Positions 29,476-39,491 are shown, numbered from the stretch's first letter. The stretch is 64,000 bases of DNA from Prochlorococcus sp. AG-436-E22 (GCA_003212615.1 QCPG01000001.1:10597-74596), one strand, 5' to 3'. Numbers and translations: made by a program. The notes: generated by a model from the letters alone, not told the origin.

Positions 29476-30861
29476 ATGGCTGAAGATTCAATTAATAATA
29501 AAGATATATATTTCCCCTCATACTTAGGGACTAATGACAAATTGATTACTCTTCTGAACAGAGCAAGTCAAACTCTTTGTGACTGGTTCTCTAAAGCCGA
29601 TAAAAATGGTCCTTTACCTTTTAATGAGAGTTTCAAGTGCATTATGCCTGCGGAAGATGGTAACTCTGAAGAAGATTTGTTTTCTGAGATTGAATCTCTT
29701 TTGAAAAATTCATTTAATCCCGTTCATCCTGGCTCACTAGCTCATCTTGATCCCCCACCTTTAATTTTCTCTATCTTGGGTGATTTAATTGCTGCTGGTT
29801 TAAATAATAATCTTCTCGCTTACGAGTTATCACCAAGTGTAACTTTGCTTGAGGAATCATTATGCAAATGGTTTGCCAAGAAATTAGGGTTTAATGATTT
29901 CTCAGGAGGTATAGCTGCTAGCGGAGGTACATTAAGTAATCTGAATGCACTTATAGCAGCTAGAAATAATGCTGGATTAGGTACTAATCCTAATTCTGTA
30001 TTACTTGTTAGCGAAGATGGTCATTCTTCCTTCATTAAATGTATAAGAGTAATGGGTCTTGATACTCCGAATCTTGTCAGCATTAAAACTGATAATCAAG
30101 GTCGAATGGATATAAACGATCTCAGAAAGACTTTAGATAAATGTTCAATAGAAAATAAAAAAATATTTGCTATTGTTGCCACCCTTGGGACAACTGTAAG
30201 AGGAGCCATTGATCCTATTAGAGAAATAAGTGAAATCTGTAAACAAAGAAACATATGGTTACATATTGATGGTTCAATTGGAGGGATTTTTGCTATAACT
30301 TCTATTCCAATAGAAGGGCTAAATAATATTAATCAGGCTAATTCGATAACGATAAATCCACAAAAAATCATTGGCATTACAAAGACTTCATCTTTGTTAT
30401 TGGTTTCAAATATGAGTACTTTAGAAAATACTTTTAATACTGGACTACCATATATATCATCTAAAGAAAATATTATAAATAGAGGAGAAATAGGCATACA
30501 AGGTTCTAGACCTGCAGAGGTTATTAAACTATGGCTTGGGTTACGTTTTTTAGGTCTGAATGGAATAGAAAATATATTAGATTCATCAATTAAAAGAAAA
30601 GATTTTTTTATAAAAAATATTAGTAAAAATAAATTTGATATATATTCAGGTCCTCTTCATATTGTTTCATTCTTACCAAAGAAACTTGAGCTAAAAGAGT
30701 CTGATGCATGGACTCAAACTAAAGTTAATGAACTAATTAACAATAATTTTATGATTTCTAGACCAAAATTTAGAGGTAAATATTTTTTACGGGTTGTCAT
30801 GGGAAATTACAATACAAAAGAATCTCATATTAAAGAACTTTTGAGACTTTTAGATGCTTAA
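29476..30861 (+). CDS. Group II PLP-dependent decarboxylase
   Basis: GGTLSNLNAL, HSS, ATLGTT..GAIDP, WLHIDG, NPQK. Confidence 0.88.
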   Translation: MAEDSINNKDIYFPSYLGTNDKLITLLNRASQTLCDWFSKADKNGPLPFNESFKCIMPAEDGNSEEDLFSEIESLLKNSFNPVHPGSLAHLDPPPLIFSILGDLIAAGLNNNLLAYELSPSVTLLEESLCKWFAKKLGFNDFSGGIAASGGTLSNLNALIAARNNAGLGTNPNSVLLVSEDGHSSFIKCIRVMGLDTPNLVSIKTDNQGRMDINDLRKTLDKCSIENKKIFAIVATLGTTVRGAIDPIREISEICKQRNIWLHIDGSIGGIFAITSIPIEGLNNINQANSITINPQKIIGITKTSSLLLVSNMSTLENTFNTGLPYISSKENIINRGEIGIQGSRPAEVIKLWLGLRFLGLNGIENILDSSIKRKDFFIKNISKNKFDIYSGPLHIVSFLPKKLELKESDAWTQTKVNELINNNFMISRPKFRGKYFLRVVMGNYNTKESHIKELLRLLDA

Positions 30862-30864
30862 CTA

Positions 30865-31002
30865 ATGAATATGGGTAGACCAAAAATTATTGCAATAATA
30901 ACAGGGTTTATATCAATTGCTATTTGTATTGCTTATTTACTCTTAATAACTATCTTTGATTTCAGAACTTATCTAAATGATCAATTATCCAATTTTACAT
31001 AG
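30865..31002 (+). CDS. Small (45 aa) single-TM protein, not in ORF track
   Basis: ATG 30865 (3 nt after decarboxylase stop) to TAG 31000-31002: MNMGRPKIIAIITGFISIAICIAYLLLITIFDFRTYLNDQLSNFT. Confidence 0.65.
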   Translation: MNMGRPKIIAIITGFISIAICIAYLLLITIFDFRTYLNDQLSNFT

Positions 31003-32494
31003 TATGGGGAGGCAAACTTTTATTTGATTTAAAATATTTTTTCATTTCAATTTTTGAAATAGCTTCTTTTACAAAGTTTTTTAAAATGTCTTCTCTCTTA
31101 CTTATTCTATAGATCTTATCAACTACTTCTTGAATTCCTCCATCTCCCCAGTCTTGCCCATTTTTAAAATATTCAATCAAACTTAGTCCTACTATTCTTA
31201 TTAACCAGCCTGCTGTAACTGATTGTATAGATTTAGATAATATTATTTTAGTCATGCTTGTAGCTAAAGCAGGAGAAAGAATGGCGAGACCCCCTTTTAG
31301 TATTCCTTGTTTAGCCAATACGCTTAGCAATGAAGTCGCTAAATCTTTTGCATCTTTTTTTGTAAGCTTTATTTCATATATTTTTGATAATTCCATTATC
31401 ATTTGAAGGTTTACGGAGCTAGTAGTAAGGAAATCAAAAGCTGGGAGTGGATTAACTAGTATTACTCCTCCTGTTATCCACATATATTTATTAATCACTT
31501 TATTTGACATTAAATATCTTTGTTCTTGCACGAAATTTTTACTTTTAATACCTAACTTATTTGAGCGAAAAAGAATATTATCTGCCAATAACTCTTCACC
31601 ATTATTATCGAGCGTTTCAATTATTTCTCTAAATAAACTTCCTACCTCTGGAACTAAATTTAAAGCATCTGAATTTATATAGGGAGATTTCTGAGTTACT
31701 GCAATTGTTTGAACAACTGAAATTTTATTTTTTCTATCGGAAGTTATAGAAATTATATTTTCTTTGATAAGGTTATTTTCATCTCTAGACCTCAAATCAC
31801 ATTTATTTAGAACTATTATTATTTTTTTTCTTAATTTTAATAATTCTTTAATTAAATAGTTTTCATATTTATTGATGTCCTGATCTAACACAAAAAGAAC
31901 TAAGTCAGAATTTGATGCTTGTATAATAGTTTCTTTTTCTCTTTCTTCTCCTAATTTAGATGGTTCGAATAAACCCGGAGTATCTACTATATTAATGTTT
32001 CTTTTTAAGATTGGAATTCGAATTTTATAGCTATTAATTTGCTTTGTTGTACCTATTTTTGCTGAGGTTTGTCCGACAATATTTTTCAATAAAGATCTTG
32101 CTATAGATGTTTTTCCTGAGGAACCTGCTCCAAAAAGAGTAACTTTATAATCTCCTGTTTTTAATTGTGACTCTAGTTTATTTTTTTGGTAATTTAACAA
32201 TTCAACTTTTACTTTATCGTTAATTTTTTTATTAATATTCTCGACTCCTTCCAAACTCATCTTGGCAGCACCATATGTATTTTTGAATGAAAGTGTATTT
32301 TTTTTATTTTTATATATAACTTTATAAACTACTTTTTTAAATAATTTTTTATCAAGCTTGTAAAATATATACAGAATTATTATTAAAAATAAGAGGGTAT
32401 AAATATTTACTATTCTTTGAAATATCGAAAATAAAATATATAGAAATAATATTAATACCAGATACTTTATATACTTTAATTTCCAGTAATCCAT
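30995..32494 (-). CDS. Membrane-anchored GTPase with DUF697/YcjF domain (ATG 32494 preferred)
   Basis: G1 GAGSSGKT, G3 DTPG, G4 NKCD; C-terminal NPLP and GQDWGDGG; N-terminal TM. Confidence 0.85.
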   Translation of the reverse strand: MDYWKLKYIKYLVLILFLYILFSIFQRIVNIYTLLFLIIILYIFYKLDKKLFKKVVYKVIYKNKKNTLSFKNTYGAAKMSLEGVENINKKINDKVKVELLNYQKNKLESQLKTGDYKVTLFGAGSSGKTSIARSLLKNIVGQTSAKIGTTKQINSYKIRIPILKRNINIVDTPGLFEPSKLGEEREKETIIQASNSDLVLFVLDQDINKYENYLIKELLKLRKKIIIVLNKCDLRSRDENNLIKENIISITSDRKNKISVVQTIAVTQKSPYINSDALNLVPEVGSLFREIIETLDNNGEELLADNILFRSNKLGIKSKNFVQEQRYLMSNKVINKYMWITGGVILVNPLPAFDFLTTSSVNLQMIMELSKIYEIKLTKKDAKDLATSLLSVLAKQGILKGGLAILSPALATSMTKIILSKSIQSVTAGWLIRIVGLSLIEYFKNGQDWGDGGIQEVVDKIYRISKREDILKNFVKEAISKIEMKKYFKSNKSLPPHTM

Positions 32495-32495
32495 T

Positions 32496-32954
32496 TTATC
32501 GATTATTTTTAAAAATGTTATACAGTAAAAAAATGAAACCAATATTAATAGATATATCAGCAATGTTAAATACTGGAAAATTTATAATATTTAAATTAAT
32601 AAAATCAACCACAAAACCTTTATATACCCTATCTATACCATTACCAATAGTCCCCCCAAGAATAAAGCTATAAGAATATAGATCGAATGAGTTTAAAGTA
32701 TTTTTCCTGAATATTAAATAAATAAGTAATATTGAAAAAAAAATACTTATCAAAGATAAAAATATTCTACTACCACTAAATATGTTAAATGCTGCACCGT
32801 AATTTTTTACAAAGTCTAATTTGAATAAAAGAAAATCTTTATTGATAAATAATTTATTATTATAAAACATTAAATATTTCGTAAATTGATCTATTAGAAC
32901 AATAAAAATACTTAAAGATAAAAAATATAATTTTGTTTGTATTTTAATAATCAT
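32496..32954 (-). CDS. lspA: Lipoprotein signal peptidase II
   Basis: DQFTK, NYGAAF, GGTIGNGIDR, VVDFI, FPVFNIADI. Confidence 0.96.
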   Translation of the reverse strand: MIIKIQTKLYFLSLSIFIVLIDQFTKYLMFYNNKLFINKDFLLFKLDFVKNYGAAFNIFSGSRIFLSLISIFFSILLIYLIFRKNTLNSFDLYSYSFILGGTIGNGIDRVYKGFVVDFINLNIINFPVFNIADISINIGFIFLLYNIFKNNR

Positions 32955-33523
32955 TATTTGCTACGTTTTAAACTTTCTATAGGTTTAATAAGTAATAAAA
33001 GTGGAGAAAGCATTATTAAATGATATCCAATTTTACCTACAGAGTATTTTCCTAGATTGTATAAAAACAAATTAAATTGATTGTAATATATTATTTGTAT
33101 AAAGTTAAAAACTATCCCGGTTAAATGCATAGCAAATATTGCTAAACAACCATGTATTAAAAAGTTGCCAATATTTATTTTGTTTTTTTTATTTAAATTA
33201 TCAATTATTATGATTAATGGATATGTTCCTAATAAATAACCAAAATTTGGAGTAAGCAAATATCCTATTGAACCACCTTGATGAAAAACTGGAGATATAA
33301 ATAAGCCTAAAATAATATAAATAGTGAATGCTCGAAGAACTACTTTTCTATTAAATATAAGGGTTAATAAAATAACAGTTGGAATTTGCCATGTGATTGG
33401 TATCTCAATGTTATTACTTGATTTATCAATAAATTGCAGCGGGATATAAACAGGAATCATTGTTGATATTATTAATGATTGGAGACTCACAATTATCTCA
33501 ATTAATTTATAAAAATTGAGCAT
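32954..33523 (-). CDS. bioY: Biotin transporter BioY
   Basis: PITWQ, Y..LGL...PVF..GG, P.FGYLLG. Confidence 0.85.
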   Translation of the reverse strand: MLNFYKLIEIIVSLQSLIISTMIPVYIPLQFIDKSSNNIEIPITWQIPTVILLTLIFNRKVVLRAFTIYIILGLFISPVFHQGGSIGYLLTPNFGYLLGTYPLIIIIDNLNKKNKINIGNFLIHGCLAIFAMHLTGIVFNFIQIIYYNQFNLFLYNLGKYSVGKIGYHLIMLSPLLLLIKPIESLKRSK

Positions 33524-33538
33524 GATTATAAATTCTAT

Positions 33539-34771
33539 TTATAAACTTCTTAATGCTACAATCGGATCTAACTTTGAAGCTCTTTTTGCAGGTAAAACGC
33601 CAAAGATTAAACCTATTGATCCTGAAATGATCATAGTTGAAAGAGTTGTTGTAATTCCTACAGATGCAGGTAGCGGTGTAATTAGAGATAAAAGGAAAAC
33701 ACCAGATAATCCGGTTGTTGTTCCTATTAATCCCCCAATTGTAGATAAAATCAATGCCTCAATTAAAAATTGAATTAATATATCCGATTGTTTAGCCCCT
33801 ATTGCTTTTCTAAGCCCTATCTCTTCTGTCCTTTCGCTAACAGAAACAAGCATAATATTCATAATTCCTATTCCTCCAACTACTAAAGATACTGCTCCAA
33901 TACCTGCTAAGAGGAATGTCAGTCCACCTGTTATGTTAGTTACTATATTTAATGCATCTTCTTGTGATCTAACCGCAAAATCATCATCTCTTATTATTTT
34001 ATGTCTTTGCCTTAATAAGTTAGTAATTTGAAATTTAGCTGCACTAGTTGCATTTTTATTTTTAGCTTCTACACTTATGAAGCTTAAACTTACACCATAT
34101 GTAGGATCCTTCCCTGTAATCCTATTAACCATAGTAGTCAATGGTATATAAGCATTTTTGTCTTGATTACTTCCAAATACTGCCCCTTTGGGTTTTAAAA
34201 TACCTATTATTTCATAAGTATGATCTTTTATTCTGATTTTTTCCCCTAGCGGTGAAGATTTGTTTTTGAAAAATTCATCATTTAGATCAGGACCTATAAC
34301 CACATAACTTCTCGAACTGTTAAGATCGCTTTGGGATAAAAATCTCCCCTTATCTACTTCAAAACTTCTAACGTCTAAGAATTCAGGAGTAACTCCTGCA
34401 ATAGAAATATTAAGGCTCTTAGAATTTGATTGAACTATTTCGTTTGCAGAGATTTGAGGAGCAACTTTTTTAACAGTAGGTACTTGATTACTAATAGCTA
34501 ATGCATCTTCTAAAACGAGGGTTTTCGGAAATGAAATACCTCTTCTTCTAGTGTCATTATTGCCAGGAACAATAAATAAAACATTTGCACCTAAATTACT
34601 TAATTGGTTTTTTGCTAATGTTTGAGCACCTCTACCAAGGCCAACGAGTGTAATTACGGAGGCATTTCCTATGATAATCCCAAGCATTGTCAACGAAGAC
34701 CTCAATTTGTTCGATACTAAAGTTTTGGTGGCCATCCCTAAGGCTTCTTTTATTGAGATATTCCTAGACAT
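33539..34771 (-). CDS. ABC transporter permease, MacB/FtsX-like
   Basis: NKLRSSLTMLGIIIG, SLVVGGIGIMNIMLVSVSERTEEIGLRKAIGA, LDPIVALR. Confidence 0.92.
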   Translation of the reverse strand: MSRNISIKEALGMATKTLVSNKLRSSLTMLGIIIGNASVITLVGLGRGAQTLAKNQLSNLGANVLFIVPGNNDTRRRGISFPKTLVLEDALAISNQVPTVKKVAPQISANEIVQSNSKSLNISIAGVTPEFLDVRSFEVDKGRFLSQSDLNSSRSYVVIGPDLNDEFFKNKSSPLGEKIRIKDHTYEIIGILKPKGAVFGSNQDKNAYIPLTTMVNRITGKDPTYGVSLSFISVEAKNKNATSAAKFQITNLLRQRHKIIRDDDFAVRSQEDALNIVTNITGGLTFLLAGIGAVSLVVGGIGIMNIMLVSVSERTEEIGLRKAIGAKQSDILIQFLIEALILSTIGGLIGTTTGLSGVFLLSLITPLPASVGITTTLSTMIISGSIGLIFGVLPAKRASKLDPIVALRSL

Positions 34772-36557
34772 ATTTATATTTATCTATTGATTCTTCTTCA
34801 TCTTCAATTTGTCCCATATAAATTACCCCTTCATTAAGCTGTAAAGTTACAAGGTCACCATTAATAATTTGATGATCATCAATATTTTCTAAATTACAGA
34901 TAGTAGAAATCTTCTTGTTTTTCTTATTAAATAATGTATAAACATCATCTACATTTTGGTCTGTAACAATTCCTGCAATATTTTTGCTCAATGGGACATT
35001 TTCTAATAATTCTTTAGGTACAAATAAAATTTCCCCTGGACAAATTAACGATAAATCAAGGTTTGTGTTTATTATTCTTGCTTTACCTGTAACTCCGATT
35101 TCACCTATTGAAATCCCTCTTGAAACAATTTTCCTTACTATACCGACTTTTATTAAATCTGTAGAACCACTTATACCAGTTAGTGTACCTGCAGTTTGGA
35201 CCACTAAATCTCCTTGATTTAGTATCTCCATTTCCTGAGCAATTTGCATAGCTAAACTAAATGTTTTTGCTGTTCTTTCATCATTTTTTACCACTATCGG
35301 AGTAACTCCCCAAACCAGTTGCAATCTTCTTGCTACACTCCTCTCTGTAGTAGTAGCCAATATAGGAGTTGGTGGCCTAAATTTACTTACGTTTCTAGCA
35401 GTAGAACCTGATTTTGTTAAAGGAATTATGGCTCCTGCATCTAGTTGTCTGGCTATATTACTTACAGCTGCACTAATAGCATTTGGAATTGTACTTGGTA
35501 AGTGACTCTCTATAGCTTTTAGCGGATAATCCCTTTCTATTCGTCTTGCTATAGTTGCCATAGTTTGTACTGCCTCTACAGGATAATCACCAACGGCAGT
35601 TTCGTTTGAAAGCATTACTGCATCAGTTCCATCCAGTATTGCATTAGCAACATCGCTAACTTCAGCCCTAGTTGGTCTTGGATTTGAAGCCATGGAATCA
35701 AGCATTTGAGTCGCGGTAATTATTGGTATACCTAATGAATTAGCTTTTCTTATTAATTCCTTCTGTAAAAGTGGTACTTCTTCAGCGGGCATTTCCACTC
35801 CTAAATCACCTCTTGCGACCATAACCCCATCACATAAAGGTAATACAGTATCAATTTGATCTATCGCTTCAAACTTTTCTATTTTTGCAACTACGGGAGT
35901 GGAATGACCATTTTTGTTGATTAAATCTTTTATTTCGTTTATATCGGATGGATTTCTTACAAAACTTAAAGCTATCCAATCAACTCCTTGAGATAATCCG
36001 AATTTTAAATCCTCTTTATCTTTTTCTGTTAATGCTTTTACTGATAATTGAACATCTGGGAAATTTACACCTTTATTATTTGAAAGAACCCCTCCTACAG
36101 TTACCAAACATTCTAAAAGATTAGATTTTATATCTACTTTTTCTACAATCATTTCAATTTTACCATCATCTAATAGTATTCTTTTCCCTTCACTAACTTC
36201 TTGAGAAAGTTTGTCGTAGGTTACATTCGCAATAGTATTTGTACATTGGACTTCATTAGAGGTTAGGATAAATTTATCCCCTTTTTTTACTTTAACTGGA
36301 CCATCTTTGAATCTTCCTAATCTGATTTTAGGTCCTTGAAGATCTTGCAGAATACCAATATCAATATCTAACTTTTTTGATACCTCCCTAATAGTTTTAA
36401 TTCTCTCTGCATGATCTTTATGATCTCCATGAGAGAAATTTAATCTGAATGTTGTTACTCCAGCTTTAATTAATTGTGTAATTATCTCTTCAGATTGAGT
36501 TGCAGGACCAATAGTAGCTACAATTTTTGTTCTTCTTTTTAAATCAATATTCGACAT
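34764..36557 (-). CDS. pyk: Pyruvate kinase with C-terminal PEP-utilizer-like extension
   Basis: RRTKIVATIGP, RLNFSHG, MVARGDLGVE, PTRAEVSDVANA. Confidence 0.97.
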   Translation of the reverse strand: MSNIDLKRRTKIVATIGPATQSEEIITQLIKAGVTTFRLNFSHGDHKDHAERIKTIREVSKKLDIDIGILQDLQGPKIRLGRFKDGPVKVKKGDKFILTSNEVQCTNTIANVTYDKLSQEVSEGKRILLDDGKIEMIVEKVDIKSNLLECLVTVGGVLSNNKGVNFPDVQLSVKALTEKDKEDLKFGLSQGVDWIALSFVRNPSDINEIKDLINKNGHSTPVVAKIEKFEAIDQIDTVLPLCDGVMVARGDLGVEMPAEEVPLLQKELIRKANSLGIPIITATQMLDSMASNPRPTRAEVSDVANAILDGTDAVMLSNETAVGDYPVEAVQTMATIARRIERDYPLKAIESHLPSTIPNAISAAVSNIARQLDAGAIIPLTKSGSTARNVSKFRPPTPILATTTERSVARRLQLVWGVTPIVVKNDERTAKTFSLAMQIAQEMEILNQGDLVVQTAGTLTGISGSTDLIKVGIVRKIVSRGISIGEIGVTGKARIINTNLDLSLICPGEILFVPKELLENVPLSKNIAGIVTDQNVDDVYTLFNKKNKKISTICNLENIDDHQIINGDLVTLQLNEGVIYMGQIEDEEESIDKYKYV

Positions 36558-36618
36558 ATATAAATAATATTGCTAGATATAAATAAATTTAACATACCCA
36601 AAGTGAGTTAATTAAGTC

Positions 36619-36948
36619 ATGGATTTTAAAACTTATCAGAAAAAAGCAAGAGAAACTGCACAATATCCAAATTTAGGCTCTAATAATATTTATCCAACTC
36701 TTGGTTTAGTTGGAGAGGCTGGTGAGGTAGCAGAAAAAGTAAAAAAGGTTATAAGAGATAAAAATGGAATATTCGATAACGAATCAAAATTAGGTATTAA
36801 AAAAGAGTTAGGAGATGTTTTGTGGTATATATCTAATCTTTGTACAGAATTGAATTTCAATTTAGAAGATGTTGCATTACAAAACCTTGAAAAATTAAAA
36901 TTAAGAGCTGCTAAAGGGAATATAAGCGGATCTGGAGATGAAAGATGA
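36619..36948 (+). CDS. MazG-like nucleoside triphosphate pyrophosphohydrolase
   Basis: GLVGEAGEVAEKVKK, ELGDVLWY, NLEKL. Confidence 0.88.
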   Translation: MDFKTYQKKARETAQYPNLGSNNIYPTLGLVGEAGEVAEKVKKVIRDKNGIFDNESKLGIKKELGDVLWYISNLCTELNFNLEDVALQNLEKLKLRAAKGNISGSGDER

Positions 36949-36952
36949 AATA

Positions 36953-37237
36953 TTAGTAGCCTATACTGTAAAAATTTCTTGCCACACCAAATAAAGCATT
37001 CATAATAAAATTTAAAAGAAAAAAAGCTAAAAGTGATGAGATGTCAAATCCACCAATTGGAGGGATAATACCTCTAAAAATATTTAGATAAGGATCTGTT
37101 ATTGAAGATAGTGCGCTTAAAACTCCATTATTCCAATCAACTCCTGGGAACCATGTAAGTAAAACTCTTATTAATAATAGATAGGAAAATAATTGTGCTG
37201 TATAAGCTAAAACAGTAAAAATTTCACCAACAACCAT
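36953..37237 (-). CDS. YggT family membrane protein
   Basis: RVLLTWFP, TDPYLNIFRGIIPPIGGFDIS. Confidence 0.92.
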   Translation of the reverse strand: MVVGEIFTVLAYTAQLFSYLLLIRVLLTWFPGVDWNNGVLSALSSITDPYLNIFRGIIPPIGGFDISSLLAFFLLNFIMNALFGVARNFYSIGY

Positions 37238-37269
37238 TTTTTTAAATTGTATTTAAGCTACTCTAACAT

Positions 37270-37773
37270 TTACTTTTTGTTGCTGCCTATTTGAGAAAGA
37301 TATTCATTACTCACAGCAAACGTTTGAAAAAACTTATCGGATAATGATAACCAATATGATCTACCATCTTTTTGCTTTCGTTTTAAAATGAATTTCTTTT
37401 CTAATAATTCTTTAATATGATCATATGCTCCTGAGCCTCTAAGAAGTATAAGATCAGATTGCAATATCTTTTTTTTAATAGCGATAGTTGCTAATGTTCT
37501 TAATTCTGATGTTTTCAACTCAGAAGGCAGTAAATCCTCTACAAAATCATTAAGACTGGATTTTAGTTCGAGACAAAAACTATTATTTACTTCATTTAAA
37601 ACAACTGCTGAGTTTGGATTAGAGTACTTATTTATTAATTGTTTAATAGCATCATTAATAGAATTGATATCAGAATTAGTGATTTCCGAGAGATCCTTTT
37701 TTGTTATAGGTCTGCCTTTCAAATATAGTACAGCTTCAAGTTTAGTAACTAGTTCTATATCAGATATAGGCGT
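37270..37773 (-). CDS. scpB: SMC-Scp complex subunit ScpB (start uncertain, upstream of the TTG at 37722)
   Basis: In-frame KLEAVLYLKGRP upstream of the called start; LRTLATIA, LRGSGAYDHIKEL; open frame extends up to stop at 37828-37830. Confidence 0.88.
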   Translation of the reverse strand, partial: TPISDIELVTKLEAVLYLKGRPITKKDLSEITNSDINSINDAIKQLINKYSNPNSAVVLNEVNNSFCLELKSSLNDFVEDLLPSELKTSELRTLATIAIKKKILQSDLILLRGSGAYDHIKELLEKKFILKRKQKDGRSYWLSLSDKFFQTFAVSNEYLSQIGSNKK

Positions 37774-37833
37774 GGTATTCAGATCAGATTGATTAATTTT
37801 TATTACCGAAATCTTTCCTAATTTACCTTAAAT

Positions 37834-39375
37834 TTAATCTGATGCACCTAGGAATAATTTATATGTATCGTTTTGAGTTTCATCCCAGAACTTATAGCCG
37901 AGAATTCTTACAAATTTATTCCACTCTAAAATTTCATTTTTATCAATTAAAACTCCAATAACAATTTTTCCTACATCAGCACCATAATTCCGATAGTGAA
38001 ATACACTTATTGACCAATTAGATTTCATATTATTTAAGAAATTTATTAAAGCTCCAGGTCTTTCAGGGAATTCGAATCTGTATAATAACTCAACAAAATT
38101 TCTATGATGCATTTCTTTAAAATTCTTTGGTAATCTTCCACCTACCATATGTCTAAGATGGTTTTTAGATAATTCATCATCACTTATATCAATGAAAGGG
38201 TACTGCGAATTTCTAAATTCATCTAAAAGATTTTTTTTATCAATTAATCCATAAACTTCTACTCCCACAAAGATCTGCGCATTAATAGAATTAGACATTC
38301 TATAGCTAAATTCAGTTAAATTTCTATTATTAAGTAACCTACAAAAATCAATTAAACTACCAGCACGTTCAGGAATTTCAACAGCCATCATTACCTCTTT
38401 ACATTCTCCAAGTTCCGCTCTTTCTGCCACAAATCTAAGCCTCTCAAAGTTCATATTTGCACCACATGCAATTGCTACCATTCTTTTATTTGAATGATTC
38501 GAAATCAAAATATCTTTTTTCATCCCAGCAATTGATAATGCTCCTGCTGGCTCTAGTATCGATCTAGTATCTTCAAAAACATCTTTTATTGCAGCACATA
38601 TTTCATCTGTGTTAACCCTAATCATCTTATCAATATATTTTTTTCCTATATCAAATGTATTATTACCAACTTTTTTAACTGCCACGCCATCTGCAAATTG
38701 ACCCACCGAAGATAATTCCACAATTTTTGATTCTTTCAAGGATTTTGTCATAGCATCTGCGTCTTCAGGCTCTACACCAATTATTTTTACTTCAGGCCAT
38801 ATATTTTTAATGTATAAAGATATTCCTGCTATTAATCCACCACCACCAACAGCAATATAAATTGCATAAGGTTTATCTTTCAATTGCTGTTCAAGTTCAA
38901 TAGCTATAGTTCCTTGTCCTGCTATAACATCTGGATCATCAAAGGGATGAATAAAACACAAGTTTCTTTCTTTACTAATCCTTATTGCTTCTCTATAAGT
39001 TTCATCATAATTATCTCCAAATAATATGACTTTTGCTTTTAAATTTTTTACTGCTTTAACTTTTACAAGAGGTGTCGTAATTGGCATTAATATAGTTGCT
39101 TGGCAATTTAACTTGAGAGCACTAAGTGCTACTCCTTGAGCATGGTTACCCGCACTTGATGTAATTACCCCCTGAGCAAGCTGAGATTTAGTCAGCTTAC
39201 TCATTTTGTTATATGCGCCTCTTATTTTGAATGAAAATACATCTTGAAGATCCTCTCTTTTTAGAAAAACTTCATTTTTAAGCGTATTACTTAAATTATG
39301 AGCCTTTTCAAGGGGTGTTTTCTTTGCTACTTCATAGACTTCAGCCTGAAGTATTTTTTCAAAATAATCATTCAT
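37834..39375 (-). CDS. ilvA: Biosynthetic threonine ammonia-lyase
   Basis: LKREDLQ.VFSFKIRGA, SAGNHAQG, two ACT-like domains with FPERPGAL and FHYRN. Confidence 0.97.
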   Translation of the reverse strand: MNDYFEKILQAEVYEVAKKTPLEKAHNLSNTLKNEVFLKREDLQDVFSFKIRGAYNKMSKLTKSQLAQGVITSSAGNHAQGVALSALKLNCQATILMPITTPLVKVKAVKNLKAKVILFGDNYDETYREAIRISKERNLCFIHPFDDPDVIAGQGTIAIELEQQLKDKPYAIYIAVGGGGLIAGISLYIKNIWPEVKIIGVEPEDADAMTKSLKESKIVELSSVGQFADGVAVKKVGNNTFDIGKKYIDKMIRVNTDEICAAIKDVFEDTRSILEPAGALSIAGMKKDILISNHSNKRMVAIACGANMNFERLRFVAERAELGECKEVMMAVEIPERAGSLIDFCRLLNNRNLTEFSYRMSNSINAQIFVGVEVYGLIDKKNLLDEFRNSQYPFIDISDDELSKNHLRHMVGGRLPKNFKEMHHRNFVELLYRFEFPERPGALINFLNNMKSNWSISVFHYRNYGADVGKIVIGVLIDKNEILEWNKFVRILGYKFWDETQNDTYKLFLGASD

Positions 39376-39491
39376 ATATATATTTTTAGCATTAATTATT
39401 AATCTAATAAAACATTACATGATCTATTTCAAAAAAATTACTCATTTTGCACCTCGGCGTTTTAGATTATATAGATACCATTTTTTATGTA

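Noticed and set aside
36619-36948. MazG-like gene as phage-derived or a defence gene
   Set aside because: Single gene embedded among core genes with matching composition; no phage or defence neighbours.
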